Positions 9,756 to 19,056 of a stretch of DNA of 64,000 nucleotides are shown one piece after another. Every line of letters starts with the position of its first letter. The first letter of the stretch is position 1. Both the position numbers and the translations under genes were made by a program. The DNA is from a bacterium UBP2_UBA5202. GTDB lineage: Bacteria; Edwardsbacteria; AC1; EtOH8. The notes below the pieces were generated by a model, which was not told the origin of the DNA, did no database searches, and worked only from the letters and a program-made list of their open reading frames with translations. The stretch is taken from positions 4-64,003 of the forward strand of contig DHVS01000038.1 in assembly GCA_002412795.1 (NCBI GenBank), given 5' to 3'.

Positions 9756-10313
9756 TTACTTGCCGGCGGTATTTTCTCCCAGGCTGGCCATGATCTTGGC
9801 GGCCTGTTCCTTGATCCCGGAGGCCTTGGTAACGGCTTCAAACAGATTACCGGCCTTGAATTCGTCCTGGGCCTGTTTCCAGGTTCCGGGCATGGCATTG
9901 ACGGCGGCTTTGGCATCGGCCAGCACAGATTTATCAACGCCTTTGGCATTGGCCACGGCGGTCTTGACACCGGCGATCAGCTTGGGCATCTCGGCTGACA
10001 GGGCCTTCCAATCCTGGGGCAGGGCGGCCTTTTTGGCCTCGATGGCGGTGCCCAGGTCCTGGACCTTGGCCGGAAGGTCCTTGGCGGAAGCCAAAGCGGC
10101 CTTGTAGTCACCCTTCTCAAATGCCTGTTTGGCCCCGGCCAGGGCGGCTTCCATCTCCGCCAGCTGTTCGGGCACGAACTTGGCGGCTTCGTTCCGGACG
10201 GTGTTCATGGCCTCCTCGGCGGTTTTGATGGCCAGCTGGGCCGGGGTCTTGCTCAGGCTGCAGGACATGGCCAGGAACGCAACGCAAAAAAGAACAGGGA
10301 TAAGTTTTTTCAT
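9756..10313 (-). CDS. Secreted Ala/Lys-rich lipoprotein-like protein
   Basis: Start at the internal MKKLIPVLFCVAFLAMSC (signal peptide plus Cys), preceded by an AGGAGAA RBS. The rest is low-complexity Ala/Lys/Glu-rich helical sequence. Confidence 0.5.
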   Translation of the reverse strand: MKKLIPVLFCVAFLAMSCSLSKTPAQLAIKTAEEAMNTVRNEAAKFVPEQLAEMEAALAGAKQAFEKGDYKAALASAKDLPAKVQDLGTAIEAKKAALPQDWKALSAEMPKLIAGVKTAVANAKGVDKSVLADAKAAVNAMPGTWKQAQDEFKAGNLFEAVTKASGIKEQAAKIMASLGENTAGK

Positions 10314-10390
10314 GTTTTCTCCTGATTGGTTTATTGTTGGGTTGATGTAAAAATTGAGTATATACCCGGAAACCGGGGTTGTCAAGATAA

Positions 10391-10741
10391 TTATTTCCGG
10401 TGCGGATCTTTTTGTTTTCTTTTGCTTTGTTTTAAGCCCGGCCCCGGCCACCGGAATCTTTCAAGATCAATATTTTCATGAAGGCCCAAAGCCACTCCTT
10501 CGCTTTCCAGCAGGGCCCGCTGTTCCTCGTAGCCGTATCCGGGTTTAAGGGAGATCGTTCCCCGGCTGTTGATCACCCTGTGCCAGGGAAGCTGTTCCTT
10601 GCCCGAGCTGGAATGAAGCAGCCAGATGACCGCCCGGGCGCCTCTGGGATTGCCGGCCAGGGCCGCGATCTGGCCGTAGGTGGCTACTTTGCCGCGGGGG
10701 ATGCGTTTGATGAGGGAGATTATCTGGGAGGAGAAGGTCAT
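10391..10741 (-). CDS. Alkyltransferase-like protein (ATL), a catalytically inactive MGMT-fold DNA damage sensor
   Basis: MGMT DNA-binding domain with PWHRV in place of the PCHRV active site, the hallmark of Atl1/YbaZ. Confidence 0.7.
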   Translation of the reverse strand: MTFSSQIISLIKRIPRGKVATYGQIAALAGNPRGARAVIWLLHSSSGKEQLPWHRVINSRGTISLKPGYGYEEQRALLESEGVALGLHENIDLERFRWPGPGLKQSKRKQKDPHRK

Positions 10742-10845
10742 GTGATATGCTGCGGTTTATTGTTGGGGTCCGGCAGTCCTTGTCCCTGTCTTTAGCGGGA
10801 TGCACAAAGCGGCGGCCATTGTTGGCCGCCGCTTCTGTTTTCCGT

Positions 10846-11607
10846 TTACACCTTCTTCTCGCCCTTGTCAATTATCTGGGCAAAATACTTCATGAACTCT
10901 ATGGGCAGGGGGAAGATGATGGTGGAATTCTTCTCCACTGCGATCTCGGTCAAAGTCTGGAGGTAGCGCAGCTGCACGGTCACCGGTTCCTGGGCCATGA
11001 TCGAAGCGGCATCCTTGAGCTTGGCCGAGGCCTGGAACTCGCCGTCGGCGTGGATCACCTTGGCCCGGCGTTCGCGCTCGGCCTCGGCCTGCTTGGCCAT
11101 GGCCCGGCGCATGCCCTCGGGCAGGTCAATGTCCTTGACCTCCACCGCCGAGACCTTGACGCCCCAGGGGTCGGTGCGCCCGTCTATCACCTTCTGCAGG
11201 GTCAGGTTGATCTTCTCCCGGTTGGTTAGCAGTTCGTCCAGTTCATGCTCGCCCAAAATGGAGCGGAGGGTGGTCTGACCCATCTGGCTGGTGGCGTACA
11301 TATAGTCCTCCACCGCGATGATGGCTTTGTCCGGCTGGAACACCTGGAAGTACATTACGGCGTTGACCTTCACCGAGACGTTGTCCTTGGTGATCACCTC
11401 CTGGGTGGGCACGTCCAGGGCGATGGTGCGCAGGGTCACCTTGACCATCTTCTCGAACAGGGGGATCAGGATGATCAGTCCCGGGCCCCGGGTGCCGACG
11501 TAGCGGCCCAGTCTAAAGACCACGCCCCGCTCGTATTCCCGCAGGATCTTGAAGGTGTTGAGCAGGATGAACAGGATGAAGATGATCAGAGCTATGGTAC
11601 CGGTCAT
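10846..11607 (-). CDS. SPFH/band-7 (stomatin-like) protein
   Basis: N-terminal TM helix followed by a prohibitin-homology domain and a coiled-coil ([11 protein letters not shown]). Confidence 0.85.
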   Translation of the reverse strand: MTGTIALIIFILFILLNTFKILREYERGVVFRLGRYVGTRGPGLIILIPLFEKMVKVTLRTIALDVPTQEVITKDNVSVKVNAVMYFQVFQPDKAIIAVEDYMYATSQMGQTTLRSILGEHELDELLTNREKINLTLQKVIDGRTDPWGVKVSAVEVKDIDLPEGMRRAMAKQAEAERERRAKVIHADGEFQASAKLKDAASIMAQEPVTVQLRYLQTLTEIAVEKNSTIIFPLPIEFMKYFAQIIDKGEKKV

Positions 11608-11682
11608 GGTTGGTTCCTCCTTATGTTTGGTTGAAATTTACTAAGCGTAAAGCGTGAAGCGGATAGCGTCAAGCGTTAAGCA

Positions 11683-12054
11683 TTACGGGGTATTTTCCTT
11701 CAGACCAACGATCATTTTCCATAACATCCGGCCCACTTCCTGGGATAGGGCATATAACGTGTTAAAATCTTCAGTCTTGAGATATCCAATATCCTTTGCT
11801 AACATTAATTGGGTTTGGAATTCTGCCAGTGATCCGTTGGCGGTATAAAGAAATTGAATATATTCTTTTCTGTTTTTCCGGCCATAACCTTCCGCAATGT
11901 TTGAAGGAATTGAAACCGAGCACCTTCTGATCTGTGAGGTTAAACCATAATCTTCATTGGCTGGAAATAATTTGGTGATCTGGTATAAAGCTACACATAA
12001 TTTGTAGGACTTTTGCCACACTATCAGGTCGGCAAAACTCTTTGTTGGTTGCAT
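11683..12054 (-). CDS. Four-helix-bundle protein (23S rRNA intervening-sequence / Avd-like family), copy 1
   Basis: Family signature W....L......T..FP........QIRR...SI..NIAEG. It lies between the SPFH and NfeD genes. Confidence 0.8.
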   Translation of the reverse strand: MQPTKSFADLIVWQKSYKLCVALYQITKLFPANEDYGLTSQIRRCSVSIPSNIAEGYGRKNRKEYIQFLYTANGSLAEFQTQLMLAKDIGYLKTEDFNTLYALSQEVGRMLWKMIVGLKENTP

Positions 12055-12103
12055 ACAATCCTTATTCTATGCTCAAACAACGCTTTTCGCTAAACGCTGA
12101 CCG

Positions 12104-13381
12104 CTATACGCTCTTGGTTACCTTAAGCGTCATGCCTTTTACTTCCAATACCTTGATCTTGGTGCCTTCGGCGATCTCGGTCTCCGACCAGGCGCTCCAG
12201 TGGGTTCCTTCCACAAACACGCTTCCGCCGTCCTTGTTCACCAGGGTCCGGGCGTCGCCCTCCTGGCCCAGCAGGCCCTTGTCGCCGGAGACGGGTTTGG
12301 TCCTCAATGTCTTGATGGACAGCCAGACCCCGATGATGAAGAAGGCCGCGGTGGCCGCCACCACCGGGATGATAACCTGGAGCGAGGCCCGCAGGGCCGG
12401 GTCCGGCGAGTTGAACAGCATTACCGATCCAATGAACATGGCAACTATCCCTCCTATGCTAAGTATTCCGTGCGAGGCTATTTTGACGTCCAGGATAAAC
12501 AGCACGATGGCCAGTATTATCAGCAGCATTCCGGCGTAGCTGACCGAAAGGGTCTGGAAGGCGAAGAAGGCCAGGATCAGCGAGATGGCGCCCACCACCC
12601 CGGGCAGTATGGCCCCGGGATTGGAGAACTCAAAGTAAAGGCCCAGCAGCCCCAGCATGAAGAAGATGTAGGCGATGTTGGGATCGGAGATCACGGACAG
12701 GAACCTGTCCCGCCAGTTCATCTCTACTGTCACCGTTCGGGCCAGCTTGATGTTCAGGGTCACAGTGTCCCGGTCCATGGCTATCTTCCGGCCGTCCAGG
12801 GAATCCAACAGGGCGGAGGTGTTGGGGGCCACCAGGTCAATGACTTTGCGTTTTAAGGCCTCTGTCTCGGACAGAGAGACGCTGTGGCGGACGGCGGAGT
12901 CGGCCCAGGCCACGTTGCGGCCCCGTTTCTCGGCGATGGAGCGGATGTAGGCCGCGGCGTCATTTGTTACCTTGCCGGACATGGTGCTGTCCATCTGTCC
13001 GCTCTGCCCGATGGAGACCGGGTGGGCCGCCCCGATGCTGGTTCCCGGCGCCATGGCCGCCAGGTGGGCCGACATGGTGATGAAGGCCCCGGCCGAGGCC
13101 GCCCGCGATCCCTGGGGCGCCACGAACACTATCACCGGGACCGGCGAGGCCATGATGCTCTTGATCACCTGGCGCATGGACTGGTCCAGCCCGCCCGGGG
13201 TGTCCATCTCGATGATCAGGCACTCGGCCTGCTCCGCTTGGGCCCGTTCAACGGCCTGGACCATGAACCGGGCCGAGGCCGGGCTGACGGCGCTTTCCAC
13301 CCGGGCCACCAGTACCTGGGAGGCTTCGGCCATTCCGCTAACTAAAATTAGCGAAAGAACAAACAATAACAACTTCTTCAT
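12104..13381 (-). CDS. NfeD-family membrane-bound serine protease (ClpP-fold), partner of the SPFH protein
   Basis: N-terminal ClpP-like domain, central TM helices, and a C-terminal OB-fold NfeD domain. Confidence 0.8.
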   Translation of the reverse strand: MKKLLLFVLSLILVSGMAEASQVLVARVESAVSPASARFMVQAVERAQAEQAECLIIEMDTPGGLDQSMRQVIKSIMASPVPVIVFVAPQGSRAASAGAFITMSAHLAAMAPGTSIGAAHPVSIGQSGQMDSTMSGKVTNDAAAYIRSIAEKRGRNVAWADSAVRHSVSLSETEALKRKVIDLVAPNTSALLDSLDGRKIAMDRDTVTLNIKLARTVTVEMNWRDRFLSVISDPNIAYIFFMLGLLGLYFEFSNPGAILPGVVGAISLILAFFAFQTLSVSYAGMLLIILAIVLFILDVKIASHGILSIGGIVAMFIGSVMLFNSPDPALRASLQVIIPVVAATAAFFIIGVWLSIKTLRTKPVSGDKGLLGQEGDARTLVNKDGGSVFVEGTHWSAWSETEIAEGTKIKVLEVKGMTLKVTKSV

Positions 13382-13499
13382 AATATCCTCTTCTCATGAA
13401 TACTGAATACTGAAGATAGAATGCCAGCAAAAATCTGAGATCACAAAACTATTCTGTATTCAATATTCCAAATTCAGTCTTCTGTTTTGGTCTCGAGTG

Positions 13500-14273
13500 T
13501 CAGTACTGGAAGTGCTTGATCTTCTCGCCCATCTGGCCGATCTCGGTCATGCTTTCGATGCCGATGTCCAGGTGCAGTCTGCTGAACTTCTTGGTGACCT
13601 CCCGGTCGCTCCGGTCGGTCTTGATCCCGTGGGGCACCATCGGGATGTCCGAGACCAGCAGCAGGGCGCCCCGGGCGATCTGGTTGGCGTGGCCCACGAT
13701 GAACAGGGTGGCTGTTTCCATGTCGATGGCGATGGCCGTCAGCCTTTTCAGGTATTTCTTGAAAGGCTCGTCCCATTCCCAGACCCGGCGGTTGGCGGTG
13801 TAGATCACCCCGGTGCGGTAATCCAGGTTCCGCTCCTTAAGCTTTTCCGAAACGAACTTGTGCAGTTTAAAGGAGGGCAGGGCCGGCACCTCAGGCGGCA
13901 GGTAGTCGTTGCCGGTACCCTCGCCCCTGATGGCCCCGATGGGCAGGATGAAATGGCCCAGCTCGGTGGTCTTTTTAAGCCCTCCGCATTTTCCCAGGAA
14001 CAGCACCCCCTTGGGGTGCCGGGCCACCAGCAGGTCCATGATGGTGGCGATGTTGGGGCTGCCCATTCCCAGGTTCACTATCGACAGGCCCTTGCTGTTG
14101 GTGGCGGCCTGCATCGGCCGGCCCTGACCCTTGATCTCGCAGTTGAAACGCTCGGCGAAGCGCTGCAGGTAGTCGTCGAAGTTGGTCAGCAAAATGTAAT
14201 CGCCGAACTGGTCGATCTCCATCCCGGTGTAGCGGGGCAGCCAGTTCTTTGCTATGTCTAATTTTGTCTTCAT
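13500..14273 (-). CDS. Nucleoside phosphorylase-family protein (AMP nucleosidase-like)
   Basis: PNP/UDP phosphorylase-fold motifs (GMGSPNIA, IAIDMETA). Confidence 0.65.
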   Translation of the reverse strand: MKTKLDIAKNWLPRYTGMEIDQFGDYILLTNFDDYLQRFAERFNCEIKGQGRPMQAATNSKGLSIVNLGMGSPNIATIMDLLVARHPKGVLFLGKCGGLKKTTELGHFILPIGAIRGEGTGNDYLPPEVPALPSFKLHKFVSEKLKERNLDYRTGVIYTANRRVWEWDEPFKKYLKRLTAIAIDMETATLFIVGHANQIARGALLLVSDIPMVPHGIKTDRSDREVTKKFSRLHLDIGIESMTEIGQMGEKIKHFQY

Positions 14274-14536
14274 AGTATCCTTATTTCATTTTTTGCCACA
14301 GAGCGTTGCACTGAGTTTGCCGAAGTGACTCAGAGGCACAGAGATATTTTCGGTTGGTCTTGCGGTCATCGCGAGTTTTGCTATTCCTCCAGGACAAACG
14401 AAGCGATCTGCCCGGTGGTTGTTTACGGTTGGACTGCTTCGTTTGTTTGACAGGGGGCCGTTCCCTTCGTATGCTAAGCAAGTAACTCAACTCGGGACAT
14501 GCCTCGCAGTGACTGTTCCAGCCCAGGACCTGCCCG

Positions 14537-15313
14537 TCACTTCGTTATTCCCCGTTCCGAGCCCTCGATGAACTCCACCATGTGCTTTACCTCCGGGGTC
14601 AGCTCCATCGTCTCTTTGATCCGGGTCAGGGCCTGGGTGGTGTTCAGTCCCGACCGGAAGATGATGCGGTAGGCCTGGTCCATCAGGTCGCGCTGGGCCT
14701 GGGTAAAGCCCCGCCGGGACAACCCCAGGGTGTTCAGTCCGAACATCTTCAGCGGATTGCCGAAGGCCTTGGAGTAGGGCAGGACATCCTTCTGGACCGC
14801 CGAGGCCCCGCCCACTATGGTGTGGCAGCCCACCCGGGAGAACTGGTGGACCGGGGTCAGCCCGCCGATGATGGCAAAGTCCTCTATTATGGTGTGCCCG
14901 GCCAAAGTGGCCGAGTTGGCCAGGATCACGCTGTCGCCCACCGTGCACTCATGGGCCACGTGGGAGTAGGCCATCAGCAGGCAGTTGCTCCCGATCTTAG
15001 TCACCTGGTCCTCCAGTGTCGACAGGGTGACGGTGGCGAACTCCCTCACCACGGTCTTCTCGCCGATGACCACCTTGGTCTTTGCCCCCCGGTATTTCAG
15101 GTCCTGGGTGTCGCTTCCTATCGACGCTCCGTGCCAGACCTTGCAGCCGGCGCCCAGCTCGGTCCACTTGTGGATGGCCACCGAGTCGCCGATGACGCAG
15201 TTGTCGCCCAGCACGCACTCCGGGCCGATGATGGTGAAGGGGCCGACCATGACGTTGTCGCCCAGTCGGGCGGTGGGGTCGATGATGGCAGTGGGGTGGA
15301 TTTGATTAGGCAT
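14537..15313 (-). CDS. lpxA: Acyl-ACP--UDP-N-acetylglucosamine O-acyltransferase LpxA
   Basis: The N-terminus [25 protein letters not shown] and left-handed beta-helix hexapeptide repeats throughout are typical of LpxA. Confidence 0.9.
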   Translation of the reverse strand: MPNQIHPTAIIDPTARLGDNVMVGPFTIIGPECVLGDNCVIGDSVAIHKWTELGAGCKVWHGASIGSDTQDLKYRGAKTKVVIGEKTVVREFATVTLSTLEDQVTKIGSNCLLMAYSHVAHECTVGDSVILANSATLAGHTIIEDFAIIGGLTPVHQFSRVGCHTIVGGASAVQKDVLPYSKAFGNPLKMFGLNTLGLSRRGFTQAQRDLMDQAYRIIFRSGLNTTQALTRIKETMELTPEVKHMVEFIEGSERGITK

Positions 15314-15396
15314 GGGCTAAATGAAGTAAAGGTTGTAAAATTTTCGAAGGTTGTAAATGTAAAGGAAATAAACGTCAGGTTTGGTTGTGACTCATC

Positions 15397-15624
15397 TTAG
15401 ATGTCAACAATTAATTTACGGCATGCCTGACACCTATTGGCTTCAACTTTTGGCCTTCCCAGGCCCGCTCCTGTGCCTATTTTTATACCGCCTATTGCCC
15501 ATATCCCCAAAAGCAAGCTTTTTCCTTCCTGCAGCCATTTCAAAGCATATCTGTCTCCATATATGTGGCCCCTGGCCATCTCTACCTTGCAATAAGGACA
15601 TTTCATTTTGATTTGCCTTCCCAA
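15397..15624 (-). CDS. Small zinc-ribbon protein (CPYC...CQAC), hypothetical
   Basis: A 75-aa protein with two CxxC pairs, lying in the AT-rich insert between lpxA and its duplicated 5' fragment. Confidence 0.45.
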   Translation of the reverse strand: MGRQIKMKCPYCKVEMARGHIYGDRYALKWLQEGKSLLLGIWAIGGIKIGTGAGLGRPKVEANRCQACRKLIVDI

Positions 15625-15630
15625 ATATTT

Positions 15631-15810
15631 TTAAAGAGAAACGGAATATTCAACCCGTAAGTGGCTATTTGAAACTTTTGTCGGGTGTTTGACGCAGCCG
15701 TCGCCCAGCACGCACTCCGGGCCGATGATAGTGAAGGGGCCGACCGTAACGTTTTCGCCCAAGCGGGCGGTGGGGTCTATGATGGCGGTGGAGTGGATCA
15801 GATTAGGCAT
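15631..15810 (-). pseudogene. Diverged duplicate of the lpxA 5' end (first ~41 codons plus upstream leader), truncated
   Basis: Region 15685-15810 is about 85% identical to 15190-15313 ([37 protein letters not shown] vs the LpxA N-terminus). It then diverges into a short out-of-context tail. The leader repeat gttgtaaaggttgtaaagg is also duplicated. Confidence 0.6.
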
Positions 15811-15868
15811 GGTCGAAATTATGTAAAAGTTGTAAAGGTTGTAAAGGCAATATTTTCTATTAATATCT

Positions 15869-16333
15869 TTAAAGAAGTTGAAAAACTTCCTTAACTGTTT
15901 CCAAATTATCTGTTGCGCGTTTAACAATATCTAAATCAACCCAACGTGGCTTTTCAGCTTCCTCATCATCGACAGCGTTATCGTTCAACAAGGTAAAAGT
16001 TTTAGGCTGGCAGACATAGAAAAAGTTAAACATATGATAAGCCACATCACCAGGATCCCAGTAAAAAAATTGCTCTTTGAAGTATAAAAATTCCCCAACT
16101 TCTATTTCAATGCCTGTCTCTTCACGTACCTCTCTGACCAGTGCGTCTGATAATTTTTCGGCTTGATTAATCCCACCACCAGGGAAGAACAACTTTCCGT
16201 TGCTTTTATTGCTAAGCATAAGGATCTTGCTGTCGTGGATAATTACGCCATAGACGGATGGCCTAAAAACAAGCTTTTCCGCAGGAACGCTTATTTTACC
16301 ACCTTTTATGGAATTACATTCTACGTTGGTCAT
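15869..16333 (-). CDS. NUDIX hydrolase
   Basis: NUDIX box [25 protein letters not shown]. The gene is AT-rich relative to its neighbours. Confidence 0.75.
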   Translation of the reverse strand: MTNVECNSIKGGKISVPAEKLVFRPSVYGVIIHDSKILMLSNKSNGKLFFPGGGINQAEKLSDALVREVREETGIEIEVGEFLYFKEQFFYWDPGDVAYHMFNFFYVCQPKTFTLLNDNAVDDEEAEKPRWVDLDIVKRATDNLETVKEVFQLL

Positions 16334-16349
16334 TGGTATTGACCTATTT

Positions 16350-17660
16350 TTATGTTTTCCGGTCCACCACCGCCGCGGTCAGCTCGGCCTCGCAGACCAC
16401 CTGGCCGTCCACCAGGGCCTTGCCCTCCATCTTGCAGATGCCCCGCTTGAAGGAGACCAGGTCCAATTCGAACCTCAGCTGGTCCCCGGGCATCACCGGC
16501 TTGCGGAAGCGCACCTTGTCTATGGCCGCAAAGTAAAGCAGTTTCTGGTGGTAGTTCTCCACCGAATGCAGCACCATGAACGCCCCGGTCTGGGCCAGGG
16601 CCTCCACTATCAGCACCCCGGGGAACACCGGGTGGTCCGGGAAATGCCCCTGAAAGAACGGCTCGTTGATGGTGACGTTCTTAAGACCCACCACCCGCTT
16701 GCCCTCCTCCAGCTCCAGGATCCTATCCACCATCAAAAAGGGATAGCGGTGGGGCAGCATCCCGGCGATGGCGTTGATGTCGAACACCGGGCCCTTCTTC
16801 TGGCGCTCCACCTCGTCGTAGACCTTCTTCAGTTCCTGCACCAGCTTCACATTGGAGCGGTGGCCGGATTTGATGGAGATGACGTGGGCCCGCAGCGGCC
16901 GGCCCAGCAGGGTCAGGTCGCCCAGCAGGTCCAGGATCTTGTGCCGCACGAATTCGTCGGGGTAGCGCAAAGGCTCCTTGTTCTCGATCCCCTTTTCCCC
17001 GATCACCACCGCCGACTGCAGGCTGCCGCCCTTGATCAGGCCCTGGGCCCGCAAATGCTCCACGTCCCGGGCCAGGCAGAAGGTGCGGGCATCGGCCAGC
17101 TCCTTGTCAAAGGTCTCCCCGCTGATGGGGAAGGAGGCGTACTGGCTGCGCAGGATATGGTGCTCAAAGTCGATGGTAAAGCTGATCCTCAGCTCATTGC
17201 TGGGGCTGGCCACCAGCTGGACGCTGCCGTCGTTGACCGAGACCACCTTGGGCAGGTCAAAATACTGCCGGGGGGCGTCCAGCTCCACCGTGCCGGCCTT
17301 TTTCAGGATGTCCAAAAAGGGGCGGGAGGAGCCGTCGCCGATGGGCGGCTCGTTGTTGTCCATCTCCACCCGGATGTTGTCTATCTCCAGCGAGGCGATG
17401 GCCGCCAGTACGTGCTCCACGGTGTGGGCCTTCACCATCTGGCCGTTGAAATCCCTGCCCAAAGTGGTGCCCCGGGCGGTCTCCACCACGTACTCGATCA
17501 GGGCCGGGATCTCCGGGCTCTGGGGGATGTCGGTGCGGATGAAGCGGATCCCGGTATCGGCCGGGGCCGGCTTGAAGGTGAGGTTGGTCATGTTGCCGGT
17601 GTGGACCCCGACCCCGGAAAAACGGACCTCGCTGACTATTGTCTTCTGCAGTTTGGGCAT
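16350..17660 (-). CDS. lpxC: Bifunctional UDP-3-O-acyl-GlcNAc deacetylase LpxC / 3-hydroxyacyl-ACP dehydratase FabZ fusion
   Basis: The N-terminal 280 aa resemble LpxC (HTGN..., HTVEH...). The C-terminal 150 aa resemble FabZ (LPHRYPFLMVDRI...GHFP..P.FPGVL). The start is taken at the internal MPKLQKT. Confidence 0.85.
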   Translation of the reverse strand: MPKLQKTIVSEVRFSGVGVHTGNMTNLTFKPAPADTGIRFIRTDIPQSPEIPALIEYVVETARGTTLGRDFNGQMVKAHTVEHVLAAIASLEIDNIRVEMDNNEPPIGDGSSRPFLDILKKAGTVELDAPRQYFDLPKVVSVNDGSVQLVASPSNELRISFTIDFEHHILRSQYASFPISGETFDKELADARTFCLARDVEHLRAQGLIKGGSLQSAVVIGEKGIENKEPLRYPDEFVRHKILDLLGDLTLLGRPLRAHVISIKSGHRSNVKLVQELKKVYDEVERQKKGPVFDINAIAGMLPHRYPFLMVDRILELEEGKRVVGLKNVTINEPFFQGHFPDHPVFPGVLIVEALAQTGAFMVLHSVENYHQKLLYFAAIDKVRFRKPVMPGDQLRFELDLVSFKRGICKMEGKALVDGQVVCEAELTAAVVDRKT

Positions 17661-17726
17661 TAAAAAGCATCTCCTAAAATGGATGGTGTAAATATAATAA
17701 TACCCCAAAAACAGGGGGTTGTCAAA

Positions 17727-18012
17727 TGATTTTAGCATCTGTAATTCAGACAGTGGAGAGCTAATCGGGGCGGATTTGTCCAGAGGCATATATGCCAAGA
17801 ATAGAGCATATGGAAATACCCATTTGCAATTCCAAATTGCCACGAGCTTTAGCTCGTGGGTTAGGTTAGGATCTGGGAAATATCCTCCGGGGTTTTAACC
17901 CCTTTATCCTGGGGCTAAAGCCCAAATATCTGACTTTTTATTGCCACGACCTGAAGGTCGTGGCAATAAAATATATAGATCCCACTGCTGTCTGAATCAC
18001 TATTTTAGCATT
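17727..18012. other. Structured element of about 285 bp bounded by inverted repeats (MITE-like or structured ncRNA) in the lpxC / znuC divergent intergenic region
   Basis: ttttagcat direct repeats plus gtaattcagacagtgg / ccactgctgtctgaatcac inverted repeats enclose at least three internal GC hairpins (ccacgagctttagctcgtgg; gccacgacctgaaggtcgtggc; ggggttttaacccc). Confidence 0.4.
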
Positions 18013-18225
18013 TATTAGCTTGACAAAGACTGGTTTGTAAATTACAATAAATAATCCGGCCGCCCCGGCTGGGAAAGACAGGAGCTCCTCCGCTGAAGCT
18101 TTGGCGCTTGAAGGAGTCCGGCATTGAAGCGCAAGCGGATCAACATGATTAAATTTAATACCAGAGGAAATAAAAAATCCTGTAAATCCTGTCAAAAATG
18201 TTCCAATTAAATATCAAATAATTCA

Positions 18226-19056
18226 ATGAACGATACCGGACAGACAGCAACCCCCTCCTGCGGCTCCTGCTGCACCAAGCTGGTGCGGGTGGGGGTCAAG
18301 CTGGGCAACAACCCGGTGCTGGAGGACATCAACCTGCACCTGCACTGCGGCCAGCTGACGGCCATCGTCGGCCCCAACGGGGCCGGCAAGAGCACTTTGC
18401 TCAGGACCATTTTGGGCGAGGTCCCGCACTCCGGGCACGTCCATTTCCTGGACTCGGGCAAAAAGCGCCCCGACAAGCCCTTCATCGGCTATGTGCCCCA
18501 GCGGCTGGAGTTCGACCCCTCGGCGCCCCTGACGGTGGCCGACCTGTTCGGCGCGTCCCTGCAAAAACGCCCGGCCTGGATGGGTTTGGCCAAGGACCAG
18601 CGCAAAATTGTCGGGGAGGCGCTGAATGCGGCCGGGGCGGGGCACCTGTTGGACAGCAAGCTGGGCCAGCTTTCGGGCGGAGAACTGCAGCGGGTGATGC
18701 TGGCTTTGGCCTTGACCCCGCTGCCCGACCTGCTGCTTTTAGACGAGCCGGTCTCCGGGGTGGACATGGCCGGGGTGGACGCCTTTTACGAAATGGTGTC
18801 GCAGCTTCGGAAACGCTACCATCTGTCCATCATCCTGGTCACCCACGACCTGGCGGCGGTGGCCGGCTTCGCCGACCGGATGATATTCCTGAACAAAAAA
18901 ATAATCGCCCAGGGCTCGCCGGCCCAGGTGCTGGGCCATCCTTTGGTCCAGCAGATCTTCGGACGGCTGAAACCGGAGCTGAAACAGGGGGTCCCGGAGG
19001 CGGCCGAAAGTGTTCCCCACCACTGCATCGCCTGCGAACTGGAGGCCAAGCCATGA
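18226..19056 (+). CDS. Metal (Zn/Mn-type) ABC transporter ATP-binding protein, ZnuC-like, with a Cys-rich N-terminus
   Basis: Walker A GPNGAGKST, the LSGGE signature, and Walker B LLLDEP. The CGSCC N-terminal segment is unusual. Confidence 0.8.
   Translation: MNDTGQTATPSCGSCCTKLVRVGVKLGNNPVLEDINLHLHCGQLTAIVGPNGAGKSTLLRTILGEVPHSGHVHFLDSGKKRPDKPFIGYVPQRLEFDPSAPLTVADLFGASLQKRPAWMGLAKDQRKIVGEALNAAGAGHLLDSKLGQLSGGELQRVMLALALTPLPDLLLLDEPVSGVDMAGVDAFYEMVSQLRKRYHLSIILVTHDLAAVAGFADRMIFLNKKIIAQGSPAQVLGHPLVQQIFGRLKPELKQGVPEAAESVPHHCIACELEAKP

Noticed and set aside
16308-17691. 451-aa and 237-aa plus-strand ORFs
   Set aside because: They are antisense to the LpxC-FabZ fusion gene and have no recognisable motifs.
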